A DNA stretch of 64,000 bases from Octopus vulgaris (lineage: Eukaryota): contig OX597815.1 in the NCBI GenBank assembly GCA_951406725.2, forward strand, positions 146,072,001 through 146,136,000, read 5' to 3'. A program made the position numbers and the translations under genes. Shown piece after piece: positions 37,797 through 52,134 of this stretch (its first letter is position 1; each line of letters starts with the position of its first letter). The notes under the pieces were generated by a model. That model was not told the DNA's origin. It ran no database searches and was given only the letters and a program-made list of their open reading frames with translations.

Positions 37797-39282
37797 TGGT
37801 GTTCATTCAGTATTTAAAATAATCTGTATTGTGCAGTAATTCAGTAATTTTTCACTATCCTTACTTCTAAGATATGGTTTTTGTTAGTGGTTATATTTGT
37901 GATAACAACAACAACAACAACAGCAACAAATATATTAGCGATGACTAGAAGAATATCTACAGCCTCAACAAGGGATAATATTCATTATATCACGAAAGAA
38001 TGATCTATAATTTAGGTCTAGAATGACTACAGCGATCCAACGCTGGAGATTCTATATGGATGCTGATCTGCAAAAAAGAAAAATAAGCCTTAATATATAA
38101 TCTAATATCTTATATAATTGCAAGACACGTTAGATAATGGTATTCCTATATACCCAGAAAAAAAAACCCAGAAAAAAAAAACAAGATAATCAGAGTCGGT
38201 ATTTTTTTATCATAAATCTCTTTGATGAAGATGGCCTGGGGGTTAAATAACGACAACAGCAAGAACAACAGCAAGAATAGAGCTAGTAGTATCAAGAACA
38301 GCAAGAAGAAAAAAATATCGCCGAAAAGAAAAGAGAGAAAAAGAAAAAAAAACTAGCAGACATTAGAAAATGCTCGCTTTAAAGAAACTGCCTTCTCGGC
38401 GAAAAAATAGTGAATGACAAATACAAAAACAACAACATAGAAAACAATAATATCATATGAAAACACCGCAGCAATATCAAGTGTAACGAGTAAAAACAAT
38501 ATCTTTGAAATACTGAGTACAGCATTACTAAAATGTAAAAGACAAACTATACATAATACGGATAAAGACGAGTAACAAGGAGTCTAATGGCGAACAACAA
38601 CCTAACAACTCATGGGTGGTAATATTGGCTGAAGTTGTTATTGTTGTTGTTCTTTTTTTCTTTTTATAGTATTGATTTCGGTTTTAGCCATCACTTCTGT
38701 TAACATGAACCATTACTCGTACTTGTCAAAGGATAGTGGAAATATCGTCTTTATGGCAGTTTCATAAAACTTTCTACTTCCACATTTGCTCGACATGTTT
38801 ACTGGAATATGCCAAGAATTTTATTGCAGTAAAAAGAAAATAAATAAAGAAATGCATAAATGAAATAAAAAATAGCGACAAAAGAATAAAAATAAAATAT
38901 AAAATATTATTATTATTATTATTATTATTATTTTATTTTTTTTTGAGTGATTTAGATATGTAGCTTTCTTCAGAAGTCAAGTGAAATTAAAAGTAAAGAT
39001 TCAGCGAATGAACTTCTCCAGTATAACTTCTCAAGAAACATAAATAAATAGACATAACGTGTTTAATGTGCAGATTGAAACCGGAAGAGATTTCTTGTCT
39101 GACCCTCTCACTTTGTCTCCCTCACACACTTATTGTATAAAGCAAACACACACATAGGCACACACTGATGCGCATGTACATATATTTATATATATACTTA
39201 TGTATAGATGTACGATTGACTTCGTGTGTACGCCTATACACATTTTTTTACCTTAATTTATCTATCTACATACATACACACA

Positions 39283-39355
<73 letters not shown>

Positions 39356-39377
39356 TCATATATATACATATGTACGT

Positions 39378-39722
39378 ATCAGTCATTTTGACTATATCCA
39401 TGCTGGAACACCGCCTTTAGTCGAGCAAATCGACCCCAGGACATTCTTTGTAAGCCTAGTACTTATTCTACCGGTCTCTTTTTCCGAACCGCTAAGTTAC
39501 GGAGGACAAACACAGACACACAAACATATACAGATACATATATATATACATATATACACGACGGGCTTCTTTCAATTTCTGTCCACCAAATCCACTCACA
39601 GGGCTTTAGTCGGCCCGAGGCTATAGTAGAAGACACTTGCTCAAGGTGTCAAGCAGTGGGACTGAACCCCCAACCATGTGGTTGGTAAGCAAGCTACGTA
39701 CCACACAGCCACTCCTACGCCT
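39378..39722 (-). mobile_element. SINE family C, near full length
   Basis: Minus head GGCGTAGGAGTGGCTGTGTGGTA..GGTTCAGTCCC, CORE-like CCTTGAGCAAGTGTCTTC. Confidence 0.85.
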
Positions 39723-39754
39723 ACACACACACACACACACAAATATATATATAC

Positions 39755-39818
<64 letters not shown>

Positions 39819-39958
39819 TACATGTATATTTGAGCCTGTGTTTTTCTATATATCGGAAATATATGTGTTCAGTTAAGCATATTAGTAAATATAAACTATA
39901 TATTTATCTGTACTTAAATAACAAAGCCATCCATCTATCTATCTATCAATTTATCTAA

Positions 39959-40057
<99 letters not shown>

Positions 40058-40198
40058 AAGAAAGAAGGAAAGAAATAGAGAGAGTGAGAAAGAAAGAAAT
40101 AGAAAGAGAGAAAGGGTGTGAGAGCGCGAAATCAATATGCATAGTCATATAAATGTGCGTATGTCGATATCAAATTTTATTGTTTCTTTCTCTTTGTG

Positions 40199-40231
<33 letters not shown>

Positions 40232-40293
40232 ATAATATGATCCCGTATATGTGCATTTATATATATATATTTGTCTATATATATATACATGCG

Positions 40294-40326
<33 letters not shown>

Positions 40327-41070
40327 ATGCACATATGCGTACATGTACATAGGTTTGTGCAATTGCTTGCACATATCAAAGTCTGTATGTAAGTATATCT
40401 GTATGCATACTTGGAAAGCATCACTGTTGAATTTTGTTGATTAAACCATAGATTCAACAAAACTGCACAACAAAAAATGAAGAATATAAACATAAAACAA
40501 CTACAACAACCCATTAAACAATAAACTAAGAACCAGTAAGAAACAACACTTCAAAATCCACTTATAAGGAGAACCAAGATAAATATAAAGCACAAGAATA
40601 AACAAATATTTCAAAAACAAAACTTAATAAAGAAATAATTCCAAGAAGAAATAGGCAAAGATATATATAATGTGCATATATAAATTTTGTAGTATACGTA
40701 AACAAACTACTAAATCTTATAATGATGGCAAAGAGAAAAGAAATTAAAAATCTGAGTTAAAGGGGCGAAATAAGACTGACGTGATGTTTTGATGGTCTTT
40801 AGTACCATTGCTGCATTTAACTAATTATGTTTTGTTTACAAGTTTAAATGACTACTGATAGGAAATATCTATAAAACTACTATCTCTATGGGAGTGTGCG
40901 TCTATGTATGAACTTATGTATTTATGTATATGCGAGTGTAATTGTGTGGTTAGATGGATGGATGGATGCATGGATAAATGATGATATATATATATGTGCG
41001 TATAGATGTAGGTGTGTATCTATTTTCCTGCGTATACATGTATGTGTATATTTTTCTGCATATGTGTCAT

Positions 41071-41127
<57 letters not shown>

Positions 41128-41199
41128 TGTATATATATACGTATGTATATATATATATGCGTATATATACATACCTATATATATATATATATATATACA

Positions 41200-41490
41200 T
41201 GCTATAGCCCCGGGCCGACCAATGCCTTGTGAGTGGATTTGGTAGACGGAAACTGAAAGAAGCTTGTCGAATATATGTATATATATGTATATGTATGTGT
41301 GTGTTTGTGTGTCTGTGTTTGTCCCTCTAGCATTGCTTGACAACCGATGCTGGTGTGTTTACGTCCCCGTCACTTAGCGGTTCGGCAAAAGAGACCGATA
41401 GAATAAGTATTGGGCTTACAAAGTAATAAGTTTCGGTGTCGATTTGCTCGAGCATGGCTGCAGTCAAATGACTGAAACAAGTAAAAGAGT
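41200..41490 (+). mobile_element. SINE family C body
   Basis: CTATAGCCCCGGGCCGACCAATGCCTTGTGAG..AGCATGGCTGCAGTCAAATGACTGAAAC. Confidence 0.85.
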
Positions 41491-41588
41491 AATGCATATA
41501 TACATATATATATGTACATATATGTATATATGTATATATATATATACATCTATACATACATATTTACACTATATATATGTATCTATAC

Positions 41589-41629
<41 letters not shown>

Positions 41630-41639
41630 TTACACTTTA

Positions 41640-41839
41640 ATCGTTTCAGTCACTTGACTGTGGCCATGCTGGAGCACCGCCTTTAATCGAGCAACTCGAC
41701 CCCGGGACTTATTCTTTGTAAGCCCAGTACTTATTCTATCGGTCTATTTTGCCGATCCGCTAGCTAACGGGGACATAAACACACCAGCATCGGCTGTCAA
41801 GCAATGCTAGCGGGTCAAACGGACACAGAAACACACACA

Positions 41840-41840
<1 letters not shown>
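41640..41840 (-). mobile_element. SINE family C 3' half, inverted to the previous copy
   Basis: Reverse complement of 41300-41480. Confidence 0.85.
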
Positions 41841-41879
<39 letters not shown>

Positions 41880-42094
41880 TATACACATATATATCTACAT
41901 ATATACATATATGTATACCTACACACACATATATATACATATACATACATATATACTTACATGTATATATACGTATACATATACATATACATATATATAC
42001 ATATACATATATATATATATACATACATATAAATATATATATACATATACATACATATACATATATATATACATATACATATATATACATATAC

Positions 42095-42127
<33 letters not shown>

Positions 42128-42376
42128 CATGCATACATAAATACATATGTACACATACATGCATACAGAGATATATATACCAAAAATATGTGTGTATGTG
42201 TGCGTATCTTTCAATTTAACTTCCCTCCTCTTTCTGTTTTTATATATGTATGTATCTATATATCTATCCATATCGCTTTCTCACTAGCCATGTATACCTA
42301 CAGACATGCACATACCCAAATATATATATACTATGTAGACACACACACACACACGGTCACAGATGTATATATATAT

Positions 42377-43405
42377 GGATTTTTCGTTGTGCTTATTGTC
42401 CTGTATCTCCTTTTTTTGCTTGTCTTGTTCCTTGGTTTGTGTCTATGTTTTTCGTCTCTCTATGTGTTCGACGTCATTTTGGTGTCCTGTACACATATAT
42501 GCGTGTATATGTACATGTAGAGGTAGGTACGTACATATATGTTTATATATATGCATATTTTTTATTAACATATTATACGACTAAACGCACGCACCCTATT
42601 AAGTAAGATTGTTCTGTTTATCAAGTTTGCCTTGATATTAACTCTCACGCGACTCTGCATCTTTCTTTCTTTCTCTCCCATTCCCTTTTTCGTCTTTTTT
42701 CCCTCACTTAACTTGTCTCTTCCTCTCTCTCTCCCCCTCACTGTTCTTCATGGTCTCCTCGCACCATTCCCCTTCTTCTCTCTCTTCCTCTTGCTCCTCC
42801 TCCCCCATTCCCGTCGTCCATCTGCGACGTACTTCCGTCGTAACTGCTATCCCGTCTTTTCTCACCTGCCTTCTAAGGCCACTGGTCGACATCTTCCTCT
42901 CTCGTCGTCCACTATAATCCAGCGTTTGCAATACTTTTTTCGTCTGGCGTTAACAGCCCTTCTTATCTTGTTCTCCTTGTCCTGTCTCTCACTGTTATAC
43001 TTTTATTTTTCCACTGTTTATATATATATTTTTTACTGTTTATATGTTTGTACTGTCGTTACCGTCTTGCTTTTTTTACCCCTCTGCGACAAGATCTCAG
43101 AATTTTAATTGATTTGCTTTTCGCAGGAAGGAATTTTTCATTCGAAGTATACGTCTCGCTTTTATCCTTCGAAACGTTTAGTAGATGAAACTTTAGCGAC
43201 TGAAGAAGGGGATTTTTCGTTGTGCTTATTGTCCTGTATCTCCTTTTTTTGCTTGTCTTGTTCCTTGGTTTGTGTCTATGTTTTTCGTCTCTCTATGTGT
43301 TCGACGTCCTTTTGGTGTCCTGTACACATATATGCGTGTATATGTACATGTAGAGGTAGGTACGTACATATATGTTTATATATATGCATATTTTTTATTA
43401 ACATA
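42377..43405 (+). mobile_element. PLE pseudo-LTR-like unit with ~195-bp terminal direct repeats (period ~833 bp)
   Basis: 42377-42572 nearly identical to 43210-43405; permuted HHR-like halves at 43135-43216; microsatellite flanks. Confidence 0.75.
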
Positions 43406-43411
43406 TGTATG

Positions 43412-43445
<34 letters not shown>

Positions 43446-43467
43446 TACATACACACACACACACACA

Positions 43468-43526
<59 letters not shown>

Positions 43527-43750
43527 GCTTTCGGTGCGAAAGGTGTTCTATATGGCGCAGTTTTTACAATCCTGTAAATAATAATAATGGTATTTTTATA
43601 TAAGCGTAAAGCTTATGGCGATCAGCGTGCAATATACAAAGGAAAATAGTCTAATAAAGGGGCATATAAGCCCTCGACGGAAAAAAGGCTTTGTATCCGC
43701 GTCATAGTCGAACCTATATCCCTTTGATAACGCGAGTCTGTTATATGTAT

Positions 43751-43800
<50 letters not shown>

Positions 43801-43864
43801 TCTCTCTCTTTTTCTACCTATTTTAGTCTTTCAAGTTTTTACTCACTAGATGTGCATATATATA

Positions 43865-43904
<40 letters not shown>

Positions 43905-43907
<3 letters not shown>

Positions 43908-44240
43908 ATACGTTGATAAGTTCTTTCCTTGTCCCTCATCCTCGCTGCCATGTACTGCGTCTCTCAGGGACTTGTGTCTCTCCTTAGGACATCAACATAT
44001 GTCATACTCGGTCTCCTTCTTCTAGTGTGTCTATGTAGGGACTTCCACAGGAGCACTGAGTTCAGTATCAACTCCGAATGACAATGTCCAGCTAATGTTA
44101 GCTAATGACAATCTCCTCTGTGTTATATTCGAGCTAACATTTGGGAGGCTCTCGTACAGCCCTGAGTTCATCCACAGCGTATACTGATTAATTTTCAGGG
44201 CCATCCTGAACATTCTCGAATTGCATCCATCCACCATCTG
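43905..44240 (-). mobile_element. RTE-like LINE 3' fragment
   Basis: VDGCNSRMFRMALKI..LYESLPNVSSNITQRRLSLA resembles the RTE-type ORF C-terminus. Confidence 0.55.
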
Positions 44241-44357
44241 TATATATATATATATATACATATATTTGTGTGTGTGTATGTGCGTGTGTATGTGTGTTCG
44301 TGTGTGTGTGCATGTATGTGTGAGTATATATATATATATATACACACATGTAATAAG

Positions 44358-44469
44358 TGTGTAACAAATCTGATGGAGATCCCTCAGCATACCCGCAGCT
44401 GTTGGGCTGAAAATAATCGAAGAATAAAAAAAAAACATCTGTGTGTATCTATAACGCACACACACACAA

Positions 44470-44510
<41 letters not shown>

Positions 44511-44598
44511 CAAAAATACACAAACACTAGTATAAGACATTAGTAACATGCATCAGTGTCAACAAGGACTCTTCAGTCGCAGGAGATTCAAAAGTACT
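44358..44598 (-). repeat. Inverted near-identical copy of 35205-35430
   Basis: Reverse-complement match including the internal (CA)n tract. Confidence 0.9.
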
Positions 44599-45559
44599 GT
44601 AACTCATTACGAAGTATGTAGATAGACGTATGAGCATCATAGAATCACACGACAAACGAGCTACAAATTGTGCTAAATACACTCACGTACATTCTATACG
44701 TATACAAGCATTCTGTCGTTCAAGCATTTACATATGGTTTTCATAATAATTGCCACCATCATCATCATCATCACCATCAACGTCGTAGATACCAAGACAA
44801 TAAAGAGATATCGTCATCTTTGAGCGTTAGAATTTTCCAGCGTCTTTGCCATCGTAGATGTCGTGGGCATTCCCATGATCACAATCAGCATTCTCACCAA
44901 CATCTTTTTCACCATCATCACCAGCACGATCAGCATTATCATTATTATCGCCTTCATCACCATCATAGCCATCTCTGCTGTTCGCTTCGTAAATATTCTT
45001 CGTCTCTTATTGATCTCACGTTGCAAGACAGCATTAAAAACTTCGTCCCATTCCTTGACGTGTAATCTCTCTAGAGATTGAACTTCAAGGAATGGGACCA
45101 GTCTGTCTCCCTTTTACTCACTCTCAGACCAATGCGCGTACAAACAAAAACACATACACACACACACACAAAACACATGCCAAATCATATATGCATATTA
45201 TTACATTTTGATATATATGTGTGCGTCAATATATATATATATATATATATGTATGTATATGTATAAACACACACACACACAACCACACGCATACACGCAC
45301 ACACGCACGCGCACAAACACATACACTCCCTGAATCATCTTCTCTAAATGATATACATATATTTCTTGTGTGTCTATCCTAACTTTCTAAAAGTAGGCTA
45401 CATAGACTATTTTGCATCTGGAATTATTAACGCGTTGCTAATCATTTCTTGAGCTCTATTAAAATTAATTATCAAGTCAATATATACTTATATTTCATTA
45501 GTATACCATTTAACCACGATTGTTCTACTCTTCCACATGCTGCTGCAATGACAATACAC

Positions 45560-46148
45560 TTTATTTCTTCTTAAACATAAATTTGAAAGCTGAGTCAATG
45601 CAAAGGAGTTACAGCTTGAGATCTCCAAGCGGTTTAAATGCACAAGTTTCCGATATCCAAGTGGCTAAAAATTATTTGAAGAACGGTACTCAGGAAACCT
45701 AACCCCACTTCGAGTGTATGAAGTTAAGAGCTGAAACACTTGCCTGATCGCGGTTCTTTGTTTGAAGACCTTCTACTGTTCAGCTCTTTTAAAAGTTTCT
45801 TATCGCTAGTAATAGCGGATATAAAAAGTGTTGGGTGCTTGGTTTGTTGATATTTTCCCACACCACTACAATAACAACCAATGATATTTCTTGCTTAAAT
45901 ATAGGTTTGAATGATGAGTCAACGGAGAGGAGTTATGACTAGATGAAATCTCAAAGCAGTTTAAATACTCAAGTCTCCGATATCCCAGTGGTTAAGGAGT
46001 GTCAGCAGAAGGGCACCCAAGAGTCAAAACCTGAATGCGGCCTAGTCCAGTTCGAGTGTACAAAGTTAAGAGACGGAACACTTTCCTTGGGGCAGTTTCT
46101 TCTCTGCAGACCTTCTGCTGTTCAGGTCTCTTGAGAGTTTCTTAGCAC
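45560..46148. repeat. Diverged tandem duplication (two ~245-bp copies, period ~325 bp)
   Basis: 45570-45808 aligns with 45894-46148 (TGAGTCAA, GTTTAAAT, CCGATATCC, TTCGAGTGTA, AAGTTAAGAG, AGACCTTCT, AGTTTCTTA). Confidence 0.8.
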
Positions 46149-46569
46149 TTAACTATATCTAGCAGCTTACCTTGCTGTTTAAACTACACCAGCAGACTTC
46201 AAACACTAGTTTAGCTATCTTTCTAGTTTGCTCTCTTGCATGTCTGAGACTGTAACTCATTATTTAGTTCCTCTTCAAATCTCATTCAAAATGTATTTTT
46301 CCTATATATGTCTCTTATTTATATTATTTTATATTATTATTTGTTTTACATTTTGGGAGCTTTAACTTATCTTTTATCTCAAACTCACGTTATTCTTTCC
46401 ATTATCCACATATAGTATCTATCGAATATTCATATATCTTGCTGTGTTATAGATAAACCTGAATGTGTGACTTGCTTTTATTTTTTTAATGCCAATTTTT
46501 TTTAATATATTGCTATATTCATTAATACATATATTAATATATTCACATACACATTTGTATACATAGTGA

Positions 46570-46862
46570 ACGCGCCTGGCTTAGTGGTTAGGGCATTGGG
46601 CTCACGATCGTAAGATCGTGAGTTCAATTTCCGTCGACGCGTTGTTCTCTTGAGCGAGACACTTTATCTTCCTTTGCCAAAGTCTGGCAAAAATGAATAG
46701 TACCTGTATTTAGTACTCTGTCACGTCGAATATCCCTGAGAACTACGTTAAGAGCGCGTGTGTCTGTGGAGTGCTCCTCCTCTTGCAACTAAATTTTACG
46801 AGCAGGCTGTTCCTTTGATCTGATCAACTGGAACCGTAATCGTCGTAACCGACGGAGTGCCA
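46570..46862 (+). mobile_element. tRNA-derived SINE, family B variant
   Basis: GCGCCTGGCTTAGTGGTTAGGG head; 3' end CGTCGTAACCGACGGAGTGCC. Confidence 0.8.
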
Positions 46863-47072
46863 ATTTATATATTTAAACAAAACCATACAAGCATTTACGC
46901 TCGAAATAAGATGTCACTACTTTTAATATCATCTACGGTAAATATTTTTAAATGATGATAGTAACAGTAATAACATAGGCGGTTAAACAACAGGTCATAT
47001 AGCGTTGAATAGCTATAAAATTATATATATATATACATGTGTGCGTATATATATATATATACGTGTGTGTAA

Positions 47073-47103
<31 letters not shown>

Positions 47104-47188
47104 TAATCCAAACATGAAAACACAACAACGCGAGGACGTGGAACAAATATAGATGCTTGGACGCTGAGGAAGGAAGGGAAGAAGGAGG

Positions 47189-47223
47189 GTTTAACGTTTC
47201 GAGCAGAGCTCTTCGTCAGAAAC
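47189..47223 (-). ncRNA. Minimal hammerhead ribozyme (loopless stem III) in short element 47100-47278
   Basis: Minus strand gttt-CTGACGA-a-gagc-tct-gctc-GAAAC-GTT-aaac. Confidence 0.75.
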
Positions 47224-48026
47224 ATAGGAAAAGGAAAGATCCAGAGAAGGGAAGACGGAGGGAAAAAATCGCCAACATACATATATATGGGGAGAAATCA
47301 CAAAAAACAAAAGACGAAGACAGGAAGACAGGTGGTGTAGACAACAAATAGATGTATTAGTTTAATACCAGGGAAGTTTAACACCAGGGAAGTGAAAAGG
47401 TTTTTAAGGTTTCGAGACTACACTCTCCACAGAAATATATATATATATATAGAGAGAGAGATAGATAGATAGATAGATAAATGGGTGTGTGTGTAGGTAT
47501 TGTGTGTTTGGAGTAGAGGTACGACTGCTACTGTTAGATTTAGAGCTACATAGGTAGATGATTATAGTCCAGTCTGCTGCCATTATAGTACTATTCAACA
47601 ATTATTATTAGCAAGTATTACTACTTATGAAATACCCAACAAATGTAGAAATTGCAATAAACACAAGTTTATGTAATTTCTTCCTACGTACGTTTCACTA
47701 TTATGGCTACTTGGAATTATGTATTGGTTAATCCAAGTGTATTTAGACGGTTAACCTGAAACTTAATGCATGATAATCCTCAATGCACCGGTCTGGTTAA
47801 GCATCTAAATTTTAAACTTATTCAGTGTTCCAAGCGATCCCAAACAACAAGCAGGTGTATTACTTTGACACACGGGAAGGTGATAAAATATCTTACTTTT
47901 CGAGCCTACGCTGTTCAACACACACACACGCTGTTCGCAGTGTGTGTATGTGTGCATTCATATACTCCTATATTCATATACATATACAGGAATACACATG
48001 TATGTATATATATGCATATATATATA

Positions 48027-48068
<42 letters not shown>

Positions 48069-48213
48069 GATGGATATCCATGTCATAGACTGAGCATATA
48101 TATATATATTTATATACGCATATATATATATATATACATGTATATATATGTGTGTGTGTGTACATATATATATACATTATATAACATTATATTTATATAC
48201 ATACACACACACG

Positions 48214-48261
<48 letters not shown>

Positions 48262-48843
48262 TATACATTCTAATATAATTTGCAGAATATATAAATTAGT
48301 GTTTTAATATCTACTAACTTGTATTTGATATAAATAGCGTTTAATGATAAGTTCTTTACCTCAGCAGTAAATTGAAAGACAACTCATTTGTTGATGTGTG
48401 CTTCTCGTGGTGTAAAATACCAAGCAATACAACTATAAGTAAATATAAAAATGATTTTCTGGCAGCACTCATCCTTATGAATAATGAGGTACATTAAAAA
48501 TTGCGCCCATTTAATTCATCTATTTTCATTATGGTGGTTTGATTAGATTTTGAAAATTTGCCCATCTCCAGATGAAAAATGAGAAATATATTTATTTTTA
48601 TAAATCATCGCATTTTATCAGCCCACTTCCCATGAATTCTCTATGTGAATCTCTGCTTCAAATAAATGGACTGCGTCAAAAATCGAAGGTACATAGTGTA
48701 TGATAGAGTACTAAATTTTTCCGCATATTATGGGACATTCCTGTCAAGGAGTGAACGCACCTTTTGATAGTGTCTCAGTAGAAGTGTGGTTTAATGTCGA
48801 TTACAAATTAGTTCTGGTTAAAACAAACAAATACAATACAGTG

Positions 48844-48903
<60 letters not shown>

Positions 48904-49799
48904 GAAAGCTATAGTTCACTGGCGAACAACAGGCACCAAAATAAAAACTAGAAGAATATAAAATCAAACTTCTTGGATGATTTAATATATTCTCATTTCT
49001 TTTATAACGTGTACTCGACATGCACAGAGACAGCGCAAGTTGCCATTTTGTTTTTGTAAGCCTGAAAGAGAGAATTGTTAAAAGTCTGATGGGGTCAATG
49101 AGGACAAAGTGTTGCTATTAAATCGGGCGTTGGATTTAATGTACCAGCGAAGAAATCAGGGTTCAAATAAGCAGGTCGAATTAACATTTTAAAGGCCAGA
49201 AAAGAAAAAGGACGAAGTATACATCATCGAGATTTGAACACAGGGCCGGAAAAATAGGAACATATAGAGTAAAGTGAAAGAAAGGTGTTTTACCCTACTC
49301 TATAAATATTCTGGCGATTCGATGTCAATATTTTAGTTATCTATGCTTAAAAAGATGCTGCTATCATCTGCGATATTTATGTCGGCGCATATTGCAGGAA
49401 ATGCAGTAAGAGATATATAGATACAAAAGAATAAAAGGAAAATAATTTTACAAAGGCAAGGAACCTTCAGGATCCTACAAAGTAATGGTATCTGGAGCAG
49501 AAATCGGTTGAGAAATACATATATCACATGGTACAAGATGGCGATCTCTGGCAGTTAGCGATCGTTTTCTCCAAAGTTTGGTCACATAAACATGATGTAC
49601 GATATCATGTGTCGTAAGAAGAATAAACAAACACAACCACAAGTGTATCTAGTCCTAGTAATAATGAGCTGCTAGCCGTATATGCGGAATTGTGCACAAA
49701 CGTATGCACACAGGCGAAAATATTAAGACATACACGAATATATGCATACGAAAATGCATATAATACCTTTATACGTGTGTTTGTGTGAGTGTGCGTATG

Positions 49800-49850
<51 letters not shown>

Positions 49851-50374
49851 ATGCTCACTCTATGACATGGATATCTATCTATATGTATACACATATAAAT
49901 ATGCAAATATCTATGTATATATAAAGAGACGTAAGCATACACAGACAAAAGTACATGCTTGTATAGGCATATAAACATAGATATGCAGACATTATGAATA
50001 CGAACCTATGTACGCATGTACTCATATACTCATAAATATGATATACAGATATACAACCATTATATACATATATATCTTTACGAATTAAGAATGTACAAAG
50101 TGAAGTAGATTATATATAAGAACATAGCAATATAAAGTTATAAAAGTACATTTGAAAATACATATATATATATACAAAAATTGTATAGATATCAAAATCA
50201 TAAATTCACATAAACTGTAAAAATAGAGGCAATTATATATAAAAAAAACAAATGAATTAGAAGCGTAGAAATGCATATAAATATTCCCCTATAGTTATAT
50301 GCGAATATGTATGTGAATATATGTATATATGTTTTTATATATACATATAATGTATATGTAATCTTTTATACAAG

Positions 50375-50430
<56 letters not shown>

Positions 50431-51826
50431 ATATACTATATGTGCAATATATATATATATATATATATATGCTTACTTTCATATACATGCACGAACACAC
50501 ATTCACACACACATACGCATATGTGTCTGTTTGTGTGTGTGTGAGTGTATGTGTGTTTGTGTTGATGATTACATATGCTTACCTATGTGAAGTATGTGCC
50601 TTTGCGTGCCTATGTTTCTTTAAAATTTAATGTTTTATTCAGATTTCTTGTTCGTGTAAAATGTTTTATACATTCATTTAATTTTCATCTGCTTTTAACG
50701 TTTTATAAAGTACATTTGCCCGTGTAATATCCCCTTGTCGCTCTTTGCATGCATACTTACTCATCTGAGAGTGTATTCACTTTATATATCACGGCATATA
50801 GCCCAAAATACAGTGTTCAGGACACACAACATATTATGCAGTACATAAGGTGCCAGAGTTCGGCATTCAGAGCACAGTATCACACATATATATTCAGTTT
50901 TGTAGGCACTGATATTTGTATCAGGGCCATTCAAATTTATCAATATGCATTTGTGCTTTTGCATAAAGATGGATATAAGCTCCAATCTTAAATTCGTGTA
51001 TTCAGATTTAAGTCGCTGTAAAATTTGGATAGGGACATTTTCTTGGCCAATATAACCACAGGGAACATAACCAATTCTCTATAGTAAAATCTGTTTGTCG
51101 GGCAAGTTGTCGGTTTTATACTATCGAATTTCAGAGAAAGGTTGAAGACACTGATGTTTGATTAACTTTTGCTGTTGGTTTAGGTTGCTTGAAATACGGT
51201 AAAGTTTGACGTTGTGCGCCTTCAATGTTTTGTGATATCATTGGTTCCTGCAAGATGTTTTTTCTAAAAAACTGAAACGGTTTATTGGCGAGATTTGCGT
51301 AAATATAGAGACTAGACGAAAGTATAAAGACATGTTACTTAGTATTTGTGGGCCTTGATATTAGCATTTGCTGAATTTTAACTTAGAAGTCTCTCAACAT
51401 CAACCGGAATATTGTCATGCTCTGATGACACAAGCTTTATTTGTGAACAGGCGCTTATGTATTTTACTAGGATTGTTTTAATAATAGAAGTTAGTCGTTG
51501 AAACTGTTGTTAATATATAATATTTATTTTTCCGTTTCATTTTTTGATAAAGGTAGTGGGCAGTAATATCTAACTAAAGAGCAGCTTCGTGAAATTTAGA
51601 CACATTGGGTTAGATCGACTCGTCGGGCTAGGAATCTGTTCCTTATATTATCGACGAAACTGTTTTCCTATATTTGTGTAATTGGTGACAGTATATATTT
51701 TGATATTTTGTGTGATATAGGGTATGTAAATAGGACGAAAACCTACTGTATACCTATGTACAAATCATCTGTAATGATACATAGAAACAAACATAAGCAA
51801 ACAGATACATTTATACTTATACATGC

Positions 51827-51892
<66 letters not shown>

Positions 51893-51991
51893 ATGTATAT
51901 ATGTATCTGTGTATATATATCTATCTACGTATATAAATATATATGGAGATATAGTCAACGTAGAAAATGCTAAAATAAATTCATAAAAAAG

Positions 51992-52059
51992 GTTAGCAGG
52001 CCGGAGTCTCGTTCGTTATCGAAATCAACCAGACGGATCGCTCCACCTACTAAGAACGG
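51992..52059 (-). pseudogene. 18S rRNA fragment (antisense arm)
   Basis: Minus strand CCGTTCTTAGTAGGTGGAGCGATCCGTCTGGTTGATTTCGATAACGAACGAGACTCCGGCCTGCTAAC. Confidence 0.9.
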
Positions 52060-52060
52060 G

Positions 52061-52134
52061 GCATGGCCATTCTTAGTAGGTGGAGCGATCCGTCTGGCTG
52101 ATTCCGATAACGAACGAGACTCCGGCCTGCTAAC
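52061..52134 (+). pseudogene. 18S rRNA fragment (sense arm)
   Basis: GCATGGCCATTCTTAGTAGGTGGAGCGAT..ATTCCGATAACGAACGAGAC matches the conserved eukaryotic SSU segment GCATGGCCGTTCTTAGTTGGTGGAGCGATTTGTCTGGTTAATTCCGATAACGAACGAGAC. Confidence 0.92.

Noticed and set aside
44670-45065. His-rich 131-aa ORF
   Set aside because: Decayed (CAT)n microsatellite; no domain or splice evidence
51992-52134. Functional rRNA gene or rDNA unit
   Set aside because: Only ~70 nt of 18S, in inverted duplicate, with no flanking rDNA
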